Shown: positions 8,861 to 18,846 of the stretch, one piece after another | Numbering within the stretch: the first letter of the stretch is position 1 | Layout: every line of letters starts with the position of its first letter | Source: an uncultured Actinomycetota bacterium | GTDB lineage: Bacteria; Actinomycetota; Thermoleophilia; RBG-16-64-13 | Assembly: GCA_963701105.1 (NCBI GenBank) | Contig: OY969565.1 | Location: forward strand, 102,396-166,395 | DNA: 64,000 nt | Reading direction: 5' to 3' | Translations under genes and position numbers: made by a program | Notes under the pieces: model-generated | Told to the model about the DNA's origin: nothing | The model's database searches: none | What the model saw: only the letters and a program-made list of their open reading frames with translations

Positions 8861-11800
8861 GTGGCCCGGCACGTTCCGACTGAGTCGCCTTCGGTACCAA
8901 TGGCAGGCGCCCCGCATCAGCCTTCGACGAGAGGAACCGAACAGTCTGTGGAATCGAGCAAGGCGACCAGCGAGCCGGCGGGTAGAGCCTCTTTCTGCCA
9001 CCTGCACGTGCACTCCGATTTCTCGGCGCTCGACGGCGCCTGCAAGATAGAAGACCTGGTGGCTCAGGCGGTGCGTAACGGCATGCCGGCCGTGGCGGTC
9101 ACCGACCACGGCGTTCTGAGCGGGGCGGTACAGCTCTACCAGAAGGCCAAAGCGGCGGGGGTGAAGCCGATCATAGGGCTGGAAGCCTACGTGGTCGAAG
9201 ACCGCTTTCGCAAGGAGACCGGCCACCGCGAAGAGCGCTGGCACCTCACCCTGCTGGCCCGCGACGACGCCGGCTACCGCAACCTGCTCGGACTCTCCAG
9301 CAAGGCCTTCCTCGAAGGCTACTACGGCAAGCCGCGGGCGGACTATGAGCTGCTCCGTGAGCACGCCGAAGGTCTGATCTGCCTCTCGGGTTGTCCTACG
9401 GGCCGCCTATCGAAGGCCCTCGAACAGGGGCGCGACCGCGACGCCGACCTGGAGATCGCGCGACTCGTTGATATCTTCGGCCGAGAGAACGTGTACATCG
9501 AGATCCAGATCACGGGCATCGACGAACTCGCGCACGTGCCCGCGCTGCTGGCCGAGTTGGCCGCCCGGGTGGACTTGCCCCTGGTAGCCACCAACGACAT
9601 CCACTATCTGCGGGCTTCCGATGCGGCCGCCCACGACGCACTCCTGTGCGTGCAGACGGGGGCACGCCTCGGGGAGGAGAAGCGCATGCGCTTCTCCTCC
9701 GAAGAGTTCTACTTCAAGACCGAGGCCGAGATGCTCGAGGCCTTCCGCGACTATCCCGAAGCCGTCAGCAACACGGTCCTGGTAGCGGAGCGCTGCAACG
9801 TGTCCATGGACTTCGACCGCATCCTGCTGCCGCAGTACACCGTGCCCGAGGGTTTCGACGGCGAGCCGGCCTACCTGCGCCATCTGTGCGAGGAGGGTCT
9901 CACCCGCCGCTATCGGGGCTCGCCGTCGCCCGAGGTGCTGGAGCGCTTGGAGATGGAACTCCGGGTCATCGAGGAGATGGGCTTCCCGCCTTACTTCCTC
10001 ATCGTGTGGGATTTCGTCTCCTTCGCCAAGCAGTCGGGCATCCCGGTGGGTCCGGGCCGCGGCTCGGCGGCGGGCTCCTTGGTGTCATACCTGCTCGGCA
10101 TAACCGATCTCGACCCGCTCGAATACGATCTGCTCTTCGAGCGCTTCCTGAATCCCGCCCGCATCAGCATGCCCGACATCGACATCGATTTCTCGGTGGA
10201 AGGGCGGGAGAAGGTCATCGACTACGTCGCCCAGAAGTACGGGCGCGACCGTGTGGCGCAGATCGCCACCTTCGGCACCATCAAGGCCCGTCAGGCCATC
10301 CGCGACGCGGCCCGGGTCATGGACGTGCCCTACAACGTAGCCGATCGCATCGCCAAACTCATCCCGGAGGGGCCGAAGGCCACGCTGGACGATTGTATGC
10401 GCGAGAAGCAGGACCTGCGCATCGAGTACGATAAGAACGACGGGGACGACACGGTGCGCCGGGTGGTGGACGTGGCCCGGACGCTCGAGGGGTTGATCCG
10501 CCAGGACTCCATCCACGCGGCCGGCGTGGTCATATCCGACAAACCGCTCACCGATTACCTGCCGCTCATGCAGAAGGGCGACGCCGAAGTGGTCACCCAG
10601 GTCCCGATGGGCGACGTGGAGAAGCTGGGCCTGCTCAAGATGGACTTCCTCGGGCTCCGTAACCTGGACGTGCTCGCCGGGGCTGAGGTCATCATCAGAG
10701 AAGCCGGTCATCCGGAGTTCGACTTGGAGGCGCTGCCCCTCGACGACATGCGCACCTACGAGATGCTCGCCGCCGGCGACTCCGAGGGCGTGTTCCAGTT
10801 CGAGTCGAGCGGCATGCGTGAGGCTCTTCGAGAAGTGGGTCCCACTCGTTTCGAGGACTTGATCGCCCTGGTGGCCCTCTACCGTCCGGGGCCCATGGAA
10901 TACATCCCTCAGTATGCCCGTAACAAGCGCAACCCCGAGGGCATCAAGTTCCCCGACGAGCGGCTCGAGCCCATCCTGCGGCCCACCTACGGGGTGGCCA
11001 TCTATCAGGAACAGCTGATGGAGATCGCGAAGCGCATCGGCGGCTTCTCGCCGGCCGAGGCCGACGATCTGCGCAAGGGCATCGGCAAGAAGATCAGAGC
11101 CGTCCTCGACCGTTTGGAGCCTCAGTTCCGCGCGGGGGCCCTGGCGGGCGGCACCAAGAAGCCGGTGGTCGATCACTTGTGGTCGCTCATGGAGAAGGCC
11201 GGCGACTACTCCTTCAACAAGAGCCACGCGGCCTGCTACGCCCTCATCGCCTACCGCACCGCCTACCTCAAAGCCAACTTCCCCGTGGAATACATGGCGG
11301 CTCTCATCTCCAGCGTCATGAACACCAAGGACAAGGTGCCGTATTACGTGGGCGTGGCCAACGACATGGGCATTGAGGTGCTGCCGCCCGACGTGAACGA
11401 ATCGGCGCTCGACTTCCGCGTGGTGGAGGGGCGCATCCGTTTCGGTCTGAACGCCGTGAAGAACGTAGGAGAGGGCGCTATCAGGCTCATCATCGCGGCG
11501 CGGGAGAGTGGCGGTCCCTTCCGCGACATCTTCGATTTCTGCGAGCGCGTCGACCCGGGCGTGGTGAACAAACGGGCGCTCGAGAGTCTGATCAAGGCCG
11601 GAGGTCTGGACTCCACGGGCTCGTCGCGCAAAGGCATGCTGCACGTGCTGGCCCAAGCCATGGCCAACGGCCAGAAGAGGCTGGCCGACGATGCCGCCGG
11701 ACAGGGCTCGATCTTCGACTTGTTGGGGTCGTCCGACGGTCTCGCTCGGGAGGCAAGTGCAGGGAGTGAGCGGGCGCAACCGGTGCCCATCCCGGAGGAG

Positions 11801-12454
11801 GATTTCACCAAGGACGAACTCTTGCGGTTGGAGAAGGAGACGCTCGGCATCTTCCTCACCTCTCATCCCTTACGCGACCTGCGCCGCCAGATCCGCGACG
11901 AAGCCGAACACATGGTGGGCGAGTTGAGTGGCCTGAGCGACGGCCAGATCACAACGATCATCGGCATGGTGGCCCGTGTCAAGAAGTTGGCCACCAAGTC
12001 AGGCGACCAGATGGCTTTCGTGATCATCCAGGGGATCGAGGACTCGATCGAACTCACCTGTTTCCCCAAGTTGTACTCCGACTCGCGCGACCTGCTGGTG
12101 GAGGATCGCTTGGTCAAGATCAAGGGTCGGGTGGAGCGGCGCGAGGAGAGCGAGGCGAAGTTCATACCCTTCACCATCGAGCGCTTCATACCGAAGACGG
12201 GCACGGAACCCGTGTGCATCAAGTTGGACGCCGTCAACCTCCAGCGCACCATCCTGGACGATCTCAAGTCCATCCTGGCCAACTTCCCGGGGCCGTGCCC
12301 GGTCGAGTTGCACCTCGACACCGAGCAGGGCCGCGTGCGCATGCAGTGCGGCAGGAACTACCAGGTGGATCCGCAGACCAGTCTGTTCGCCGAACTCCGG
12401 GTACTGCTCGGCGAAGCCGGCGTCTTCCGCTACGATCCGGCGCTGACCGCCTAG
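8861..12454 (+). CDS. dnaE: DNA polymerase III subunit alpha
   Basis: 1197 aa. PHP domain FCHLHVHSDFSALDG, then polymerase core, OB fold and C-terminal region. Exact start uncertain (GTG 8861 or ATG 8900). Confidence 0.95.
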   Translation: MARHVPTESPSVPMAGAPHQPSTRGTEQSVESSKATSEPAGRASFCHLHVHSDFSALDGACKIEDLVAQAVRNGMPAVAVTDHGVLSGAVQLYQKAKAAGVKPIIGLEAYVVEDRFRKETGHREERWHLTLLARDDAGYRNLLGLSSKAFLEGYYGKPRADYELLREHAEGLICLSGCPTGRLSKALEQGRDRDADLEIARLVDIFGRENVYIEIQITGIDELAHVPALLAELAARVDLPLVATNDIHYLRASDAAAHDALLCVQTGARLGEEKRMRFSSEEFYFKTEAEMLEAFRDYPEAVSNTVLVAERCNVSMDFDRILLPQYTVPEGFDGEPAYLRHLCEEGLTRRYRGSPSPEVLERLEMELRVIEEMGFPPYFLIVWDFVSFAKQSGIPVGPGRGSAAGSLVSYLLGITDLDPLEYDLLFERFLNPARISMPDIDIDFSVEGREKVIDYVAQKYGRDRVAQIATFGTIKARQAIRDAARVMDVPYNVADRIAKLIPEGPKATLDDCMREKQDLRIEYDKNDGDDTVRRVVDVARTLEGLIRQDSIHAAGVVISDKPLTDYLPLMQKGDAEVVTQVPMGDVEKLGLLKMDFLGLRNLDVLAGAEVIIREAGHPEFDLEALPLDDMRTYEMLAAGDSEGVFQFESSGMREALREVGPTRFEDLIALVALYRPGPMEYIPQYARNKRNPEGIKFPDERLEPILRPTYGVAIYQEQLMEIAKRIGGFSPAEADDLRKGIGKKIRAVLDRLEPQFRAGALAGGTKKPVVDHLWSLMEKAGDYSFNKSHAACYALIAYRTAYLKANFPVEYMAALISSVMNTKDKVPYYVGVANDMGIEVLPPDVNESALDFRVVEGRIRFGLNAVKNVGEGAIRLIIAARESGGPFRDIFDFCERVDPGVVNKRALESLIKAGGLDSTGSSRKGMLHVLAQAMANGQKRLADDAAGQGSIFDLLGSSDGLAREASAGSERAQPVPIPEEDFTKDELLRLEKETLGIFLTSHPLRDLRRQIRDEAEHMVGELSGLSDGQITTIIGMVARVKKLATKSGDQMAFVIIQGIEDSIELTCFPKLYSDSRDLLVEDRLVKIKGRVERREESEAKFIPFTIERFIPKTGTEPVCIKLDAVNLQRTILDDLKSILANFPGPCPVELHLDTEQGRVRMQCGRNYQVDPQTSLFAELRVLLGEAGVFRYDPALTA

Positions 12455-12760
12455 GGTCCGCTCCGAGCGGGAGCCCCGGTCGCGGCGGCCGCCTCGTCGG
12501 GGCGGCGCTGTGGGGCGGTCGATCAGGTCGAGCCGCTGTCGATCGGGGGCGCGCCGCCGCCGGCACTCCCGTGCTCAGCCGGAGCCGGTCCTTGTTGAGC
12601 GCGGCGCTCCGCTGGGATCGGGCGGGCGCGGCGATCGCGCCCGGCATCTCGCCCCGCCCTCCCGGCGCCGCGGCCCGCGCCCACTGTGCGGTCGCGAAGC
12701 CGCTCCGGCCGCGCACGCTCACCGTGCGCTACTATTGGCGTCTACCATCTGGAGGTGCTC

Positions 12761-14062
12761 GTGACCGTCTTGCGTACTCCCCCTGGGACTAAAGACGTGC
12801 TGCCCGTCGAAGCCGCTGAGCTTCGGCTCATCGAGGACGCCGTGCGCACGGTGTTCCACGAGTTCGGCTACGGAGAGGTGATCACTCCCGCCCTGGAGTA
12901 TGAGGAGGTGCTGGCCCTCTCCGAGGAGAAGGCCTTTCTCACCGGCTTCAGATTGCTCGACGAGTCGGGCAAGGTGCTGATCCTGCGCCCCGATCTCACC
13001 ACGCCCATCGCCCGCTTGGTGGGCAGCCGCCTGCGGGCGGGCGAGACCCCACACCGCGTGTTCTCTATCTCTGACATCTTCCGGCGCAACAGCCCGCAGC
13101 GCGGCCAGGAGAACGAGTTCCGGCAGGCGGGTGCCGAACTCTTGGGTTCGTCGCTGCCGCAGGCCGACGCCGAAGTGGTGGCGGTGGCCTGCCGCGCGCT
13201 GGAGCGCGCGGGCCTCGAGGACTTCCGCGTAGGCTTGGGCCAAGTGAGCTTCTTCAAGGCCCTCCTCGACGGCGTTACCGGGGACGCGGCCCTCAAGGCC
13301 CGCCTTACCACCGACTTGGTGGGCAAGGACCTCGTGGGCTATCGGGTGGCGGTGGAGCAGGCCGGACTGCAGGCGGAGGATCAGGCGGCCTTGCTCGAGG
13401 TGCCCGATCTGCGCGGGGACTCGGCCGTCCTGGAGCGGGCGGCGGAGTACGTGAGGAGTGAGCAGATGGAGGCGGCCCTGGCCCATCTTCGGGCCGTGGC
13501 CGCCGCCTTGGCCGATTACGGCTACGCCGACCGTCTGCTATTCGACCTGGGCATCTTCCGCAACCTCGATTACTACACCGGCATCGTCTTCGAGGTGTAT
13601 GCGCCCGGTCTCGGCTTCACGCTGGGCGGCGGGGGACGCTACGACGCCCTGCTCTCGGCCTACGGCGCTCCCATGCCTGCCGTGGGGGTGGGGCTCGGTC
13701 TCGACCGGGTCCACGTGGCTCTGGTCGAACAGGGCAGACCACCCGCGGCAGAGGAGCCGCTCGCGCTCCTGGTCGGCGGGCTCGACGTGCACGTCGCAGT
13801 AGCCGACCTGCTCCGCTCCGCCTGCGTCGGCGTCTTCGCCCTGCCGCTCGAGACCTCCTCGGAGTCGCTGCTGAAGCTGGCCCGTCAGAAGAGCATCCCG
13901 CTTCTGGTGGAGCCCGTCGCCGGATCCGCAGGTGAGCGCTGGATGGTCACCGACCTGCGGGGCTCGGGCGCGGTCGAGTCGTGCCCGCTCGCCGACATCG
14001 TGCGCGTCGTCTGTCACTCCGCCTTCGAACACGAGGACCCGGCCGAAGGGAGGGACCGCTGA
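12761..14062 (+). CDS. hisZ: ATP phosphoribosyltransferase regulatory subunit (HisRS paralog)
   Basis: GTG 12761 preceded by GGAGG (12751-12755). LRTPPGTKDVLP...GYGEVITPALEYEEV is HisZ/HisS-like. It lies directly upstream of a short-form hisG. Confidence 0.85.
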   Translation: MTVLRTPPGTKDVLPVEAAELRLIEDAVRTVFHEFGYGEVITPALEYEEVLALSEEKAFLTGFRLLDESGKVLILRPDLTTPIARLVGSRLRAGETPHRVFSISDIFRRNSPQRGQENEFRQAGAELLGSSLPQADAEVVAVACRALERAGLEDFRVGLGQVSFFKALLDGVTGDAALKARLTTDLVGKDLVGYRVAVEQAGLQAEDQAALLEVPDLRGDSAVLERAAEYVRSEQMEAALAHLRAVAAALADYGYADRLLFDLGIFRNLDYYTGIVFEVYAPGLGFTLGGGGRYDALLSAYGAPMPAVGVGLGLDRVHVALVEQGRPPAAEEPLALLVGGLDVHVAVADLLRSACVGVFALPLETSSESLLKLARQKSIPLLVEPVAGSAGERWMVTDLRGSGAVESCPLADIVRVVCHSAFEHEDPAEGRDR

Positions 14063-14706
14063 AGACGCTGCGTATAGCCATCTGTCGCGGAGCTATCTTC
14101 GAGGAGACCGCGCGGCTGCTCGAAGAGATCGGGTTCGACCTCGCAGAAGTGCGCGCGAACACGCGCAAGCTGATCTTCGATACCGCGGACGGCACGAGGT
14201 TCATCACCACGCGGCCCACGGACGTCCCCACCTACGTGGAGAACGGGGCGGCCGACGTGGGTTTCGTGGGCAAGGACGTGCTGCTCGAATCGGGCAAGAA
14301 CGTCTACGAAGTGCTCGATCTCGGTATCGGGCGGTGCCGCATGGTGTTCGCCACGCCGGCCGGTGTCGACCGCTCGATGGAGACGCTGCGGCACCTGGGC
14401 ACCTTCCGCGTGGCCACCAAGTACCCCAACGTCACCCGTGAGTTCTTCCAGGAGCGCGGCATCAGCCCGGAGATCATCAAGCTGCATGGATCCATCGAGC
14501 TGGCGCCGCTCGTGGGCCTGGCCGAGGGCATCGTCGACCTCACCAGCACCGGCACGACCATGCGGGAGAACCGGTTGGAAGAACGGTTCCTCCTGCACGA
14601 GTGCACCACGCGCATGATCGTGAACCGCGTCTCGCACAAGCTGCTGGGACCACAGGTGAGCGAACTCGCCCACCGGCTGCGCGCAGCGGTGGGCGCCGGC
14701 TCGTGA
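14059..14706 (+). CDS. hisG: ATP phosphoribosyltransferase, short form
   Basis: LKTLRIAICRGAIFEETARLLEEIGF...TGTTMRENRL. No ATG/GTG/TTG sits at the conserved N-terminus. CTG 14059 overlaps the hisZ stop (cTGA) after GGGAGGG. CTG 14068 is an alternative. Confidence 0.8.
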   Translation: MKTLRIAICRGAIFEETARLLEEIGFDLAEVRANTRKLIFDTADGTRFITTRPTDVPTYVENGAADVGFVGKDVLLESGKNVYEVLDLGIGRCRMVFATPAGVDRSMETLRHLGTFRVATKYPNVTREFFQERGISPEIIKLHGSIELAPLVGLAEGIVDLTSTGTTMRENRLEERFLLHECTTRMIVNRVSHKLLGPQVSELAHRLRAAVGAGS

Positions 14707-16013
14707 AGATAGCCCCGCTCACCCGGGCGGGGATCGCGGCGGCGGTCGCGTCGCTGCGCCCCAGCCGCGACCGTGACCATGAGGTGGGCCGCGCGGTCGC
14801 GCAGATACTCGACGACGTGCGGGCCGGGGGAGACGTCGCGGTGGCGGAGGTCACCGTCCGCTTGGACTGGGCCGGTGCGACGGCTGAGACGCTGCGCGTG
14901 CCGGTCTCCGAGCTGCGGGCGGCCTTCGAGGGCCTCGATCCCGGTCTGCTGGAGTCGCTCGAGTTCGCCCACCGCAACTGCACCTGGTTCCACTCGCACG
15001 AGTTGCGTGAGAGCTGGGAGGCCGAAGGTCCGAGCGGCCAGCGCTTGGGCATCCGCTACCTGCCGGTGGAGCGCGCCGGGCTGTACGTGCCCGGGGGACT
15101 GGGAGCGTACGCCTCCACGGTGATAATGAACTCGGTGCCGGCTCAGGTGGCAGGCGTGCCCAGTCTCTTCATCTGCACTCCTCCGGGCCCCGACGGCTCC
15201 GTCAACGCCTCGGTCCTGGCCGCGGCGCACCTGGTGGGTATCGACGAGGTCCACCGCGTGGGTGGCGCGCAGGCCATTGCTGCCATGGCCTTCGGCACCG
15301 AGACCATCCGGCGCGCCGACGTCATCTGCGGCCCCGGGAACGCGTTCGTCACTGAGGCCAAACGCCAAGTGTTCGGCGCCGTGGGCATCGACGGTCTGGC
15401 GGGGCCGAGCGAGGTGGTGGTGGTCGCCGACCTCGACTGCGACCCGAGGCTCGTGGCCTTGGACATGCTGGCTCAAGAGGAGCACGGCAGTGGAGCGTCG
15501 GCCGTGCTCGTGGCTCCCTCGCTGCAGGTGTGCCGGGACGTGGCCTCGGAGATCGACTCGCTGCGGTCTACGTTCGGGGGCCGGTCCGCCGGCGGCCTTT
15601 TCGCCTTCCACCCGGTCGAGGGAGAGTCGTTCCCCGCTCTCGCGGGCGGACTGGTAGAGGCATACGCCCCCGAGCACCTGGAGATCCATCTCGAGAACCC
15701 CAGAGACTTCCTGGAGAACGTCCGCTCCGCCGGGGCGATCTTTCTGGGGAGCCATACTCCGGCCGCTTTCGGCGACTACGTGGCCGGCTCGAACCACGTC
15801 CTGCCCACCGGCGGGGCTGCACGCTTCTCTTCGCCGTTGTCGGTAGACACCTTCGTGCGCCGATCGTCGGTCGTCGAGGTGGGTCCCGCAGCGGCCGGGG
15901 CGTTGGGGGGACACGCGGCCCGTATGGCCCACAGCGAAGGGTTCGACTATCATCGGCTATCGGTCGAAGCTCGGGTCCGCGCAGCTTCCGACCCGCCCGT
16001 CAGGCCGTCCTGA
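14703..16013 (+). CDS. hisD: histidinol dehydrogenase
   Basis: GTG 14703 overlaps the hisG stop (GTGA). GGAQAIAAMAFGTETI, QEEHG and GDYVAGSNHVLPT motifs. Confidence 0.95.
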   Translation: MKIAPLTRAGIAAAVASLRPSRDRDHEVGRAVAQILDDVRAGGDVAVAEVTVRLDWAGATAETLRVPVSELRAAFEGLDPGLLESLEFAHRNCTWFHSHELRESWEAEGPSGQRLGIRYLPVERAGLYVPGGLGAYASTVIMNSVPAQVAGVPSLFICTPPGPDGSVNASVLAAAHLVGIDEVHRVGGAQAIAAMAFGTETIRRADVICGPGNAFVTEAKRQVFGAVGIDGLAGPSEVVVVADLDCDPRLVALDMLAQEEHGSGASAVLVAPSLQVCRDVASEIDSLRSTFGGRSAGGLFAFHPVEGESFPALAGGLVEAYAPEHLEIHLENPRDFLENVRSAGAIFLGSHTPAAFGDYVAGSNHVLPTGGAARFSSPLSVDTFVRRSSVVEVGPAAAGALGGHAARMAHSEGFDYHRLSVEARVRAASDPPVRPS

Positions 16014-16089
16014 GCCGGCAAGACGTTATGCTATTCTGCACGGGCGGTCCGACTCCAGGCCGGAGCGGGGGCGCAACGGGGAGGGAACC

Positions 16090-16695
16090 GTGACACCAAC
16101 ATCATCAGAGAACCGCACCGCTACGGTCGAGCGTCGCACGCGGGAGACCGAGGTGTCGGTGACCCTCGGGCTGGATGGCGGCACCGTGCGCGACATCTCC
16201 ACGGGCATCGGTTTCCTCGACCACATGCTCGATCTGTTCGCGGCTCACGGTCGTTTCGACCTGCAGGTGAAGGCCGTCGGCGACCTTCAGACCGGCGGAC
16301 ACCACACGGTCGAAGACGTGGGCATCTGCCTGGGCTCTGCCCTCGCTCAAGCCTTGGGAGACAACCGAGGGATCGTCCGCTACGGCAGTGTGCAGCTGCC
16401 TATGGATGAGGCACTGGCCCTGGTGAGCATGGACATCAGCGGTCGTCCCTATCTGGCCTACAACGTCGACCTCTCGCCCGCCAATATCGGAGGATTCGAT
16501 CTCGACCTCGCGCTGGAGTTCTTCCAGGCGCTGGTGAACAACGCGCGTATCACCCTGCATGTAAGGCTCCTCGCCGGCTCGAACCCGCATCACATCATCG
16601 AAGCTGTGTTCAAAGGATTCGGCAGGGCTCTCGACCAAGCGACCCGCTTCGACACCCGAGTCCAAGACGTGCCTTCGACGAAGGGAGTGCTCTAG
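16090..16695 (+). CDS. hisB: imidazoleglycerol-phosphate dehydratase
   Basis: 201 aa. RETEVSVTLGLDG, GIGFLDHMLDLF and HHIIEAVFKGFGRAL. Confidence 0.95.
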   Translation: MTPTSSENRTATVERRTRETEVSVTLGLDGGTVRDISTGIGFLDHMLDLFAAHGRFDLQVKAVGDLQTGGHHTVEDVGICLGSALAQALGDNRGIVRYGSVQLPMDEALALVSMDISGRPYLAYNVDLSPANIGGFDLDLALEFFQALVNNARITLHVRLLAGSNPHHIIEAVFKGFGRALDQATRFDTRVQDVPSTKGVL

Positions 16696-16700
16696 TCCCC

Positions 16701-17312
16701 GTGCTGTATGTGGTGGACTACGGCTCCGGGAACCTACGCTCGGTGCAAAAGGCGTTCGAGCACGTGGGCGCGCACGCAGAGGTGGGGTCCGACGTGCGTC
16801 GGATACGCGATGCGGCCGGACTCGTATTACCCGGCGTCGGTGCCTTCGGGGCGGCCATGGCCGAATTGGAGGCACGCGGTCTCGCCGAGATCCTGCGCGA
16901 GCGGGTCGATGCCGGCGTGCCGTTCCTGGGCATCTGCCTCGGGTTGCAGCTGCTCTTCGAGGGCAGCGAGGAGAGCCCGGGGGTCGAGGGACTGGGTCTG
17001 GTGCGGGGCCAGGTGCGGCGTCTGCCGCCGGGCCCCAAGATACCGCACATCGGCTGGAACCAGGTGGAGATGGTCAAGGACTCGTACCTGTTGGAGGATG
17101 TTCCCGACATGTCGGCCTTCTACTTCGTGCACAGCTACGTCGTGGTGCCCACGCGACCGGAAGACGTGCTCACCATCACCGAATACGGTTGCACCTTCGT
17201 CTCGGGTGTGGAGCGCGAGAACGTCGCCGCCTTCCAATTCCATCCAGAGAAATCGAGTGCTCTGGGGCTGCGCATCTACGAGAACTTCGCGCGGCACGTG
17301 AGCGGAGGCTGA
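16701..17312 (+). CDS. hisH: imidazole glycerol phosphate synthase, glutamine amidotransferase subunit
   Basis: 203 aa. VVDYGSGNLRSV, GICLGLQLLF and FQFHPEKS. Confidence 0.95.
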   Translation: MLYVVDYGSGNLRSVQKAFEHVGAHAEVGSDVRRIRDAAGLVLPGVGAFGAAMAELEARGLAEILRERVDAGVPFLGICLGLQLLFEGSEESPGVEGLGLVRGQVRRLPPGPKIPHIGWNQVEMVKDSYLLEDVPDMSAFYFVHSYVVVPTRPEDVLTITEYGCTFVSGVERENVAAFQFHPEKSSALGLRIYENFARHVSGG

Positions 17313-17320
17313 GGCAGAGG

Positions 17321-18067
17321 ATGCGGCTCTTCCCCGCCATAGACATCCAGGGGGGTCGCTGCGTGCGCCTGCGGCGGGGCGACTTCGCCGACGAGACGGT
17401 CTTCAGCGACGACCCGGTGGACATGGCCCGAATCTGGGTGGCGGCCGGCGCGCGCTGGTTGCACGTGGTGGATCTCGACGGCGCGCGTTTGGGTGACATG
17501 CGTAACCTGCACCTCGTCGACGCCATAGCCGAGACGGTCCCCGTGCCGGTGCAGTTCGGGGGCGGCATACGTTCCCTCGGGGCTCTCGAGCGGATCAAGG
17601 CCACCCGGGTGGAGAGGATCGTCATCGGCACGAGCGCACTGCTCGACGATTCCTTCCTGCGCACCGCCCTGGCTGAGTGGGGCCCCCGGCTGGTCGTGGC
17701 GGTGGACGCCGCCGATGGTTACGTGAGCACGCACGGGTGGCGGGAACGGAGTGGGATGTCGGCGAAGAGTTTCGTGCGTCAGCTGGCCGAGATGGGCATC
17801 GAAGAGGTCATCTACACGGACATCGCGCGCGACGGCATGCTGGGCGGCATGAACCTTACGGCGACCGAGGAGTTGGCCCGCGAGGTGCCCGGAGTGCAGG
17901 TCATCGCCAGTGGCGGACTCACCTCGTTGGAAGATCTGCGCCGGCTGAAGAAGTTGGAGCCGCTCGGGGTCACCGGCGTGATCGCCGGCCGGGCGTTGTA
18001 CGAGAAGGCCTTCACCCTGCAGGAGGCGCTCGAAGTCCTCGACGCGCCCGACGAGACGGAGGAGTGA
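17321..18067 (+). CDS. hisA: ProFAR isomerase HisA (possibly bifunctional PriA-type)
   Basis: ATG 17321 inside track ORF 17189. [17 protein letters not shown], and [10 protein letters not shown] at the C-terminus. Confidence 0.9.
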   Translation: MRLFPAIDIQGGRCVRLRRGDFADETVFSDDPVDMARIWVAAGARWLHVVDLDGARLGDMRNLHLVDAIAETVPVPVQFGGGIRSLGALERIKATRVERIVIGTSALLDDSFLRTALAEWGPRLVVAVDAADGYVSTHGWRERSGMSAKSFVRQLAEMGIEEVIYTDIARDGMLGGMNLTATEELAREVPGVQVIASGGLTSLEDLRRLKKLEPLGVTGVIAGRALYEKAFTLQEALEVLDAPDETEE

Positions 18068-18068
18068 C

Positions 18069-18833
18069 GTGCACCTGAAGCGCGTGATCCCCTGTCTCGA
18101 CGTCGATAAAGGGCGGGTGGTCAAGGGCACCAACTTCGTGGACATCCGTGACGCCGGCGATCCTGTGGAACTTGCCGCCTTCTACGACCGCGAAGGCGCC
18201 GACGAGTTGGTCTTCCTGGACATCACGGCCTCACACGAGCGTCGCGACACCATCGTGGAGCTGGCCCGCCGGTGCGCGGAGGAACTCTTCATACCCTTCA
18301 CCATCGGCGGAGGCATCGGCAGCGAAGACGACGTGCGCGCCCTGCTCTCCGCGGGCGCCGACAAGGTCTCGCTGAACTCGGCCGTGTTGCGCGACCCCAC
18401 CCTCATCGAAGCCTGCGCCCGACGATTCGGATCGCAGTGCGTGGTAGTTGCCATCGACGCGAAACGGATACCCGGGGACGCACCGCGCTGGGAGGTCTTC
18501 GTCAACGGCGGACGGGTCACCACGGGTTGGGACGCGGTCGACTGGGCGCGGGAGGCGGTGCGGCGCGGGGCGGGGGAGATACTCCTCACCTCCATGGACC
18601 GCGACGGCACCAAGGACGGGTATGACCTGGAACTCACCCGCGCCGTCGCGCAGGCGGTGGAGGTGCCCGTGATCGCGAGCGGAGGCGCCGGCAACCTCGA
18701 TCACCTGGCGCAGGTGATCCTCGAGACCGGCGCCGACGCCGTGCTGGCCGCGTCCATATTCCACTACGGCGAGTACACCATCAGGCAGGCCAAGGAACGG
18801 ATGGCCGCCGCCGGCGTGCCCGTCCGCCTCTAG
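18069..18833 (+). CDS. hisF: imidazole glycerol phosphate synthase cyclase subunit
   Basis: 254 aa. [27 protein letters not shown] and IASGGAG. Confidence 0.95.
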   Translation: MHLKRVIPCLDVDKGRVVKGTNFVDIRDAGDPVELAAFYDREGADELVFLDITASHERRDTIVELARRCAEELFIPFTIGGGIGSEDDVRALLSAGADKVSLNSAVLRDPTLIEACARRFGSQCVVVAIDAKRIPGDAPRWEVFVNGGRVTTGWDAVDWAREAVRRGAGEILLTSMDRDGTKDGYDLELTRAVAQAVEVPVIASGGAGNLDHLAQVILETGADAVLAASIFHYGEYTIRQAKERMAAAGVPVRL

Positions 18834-18846
18834 ACCGCCCGCTCGA

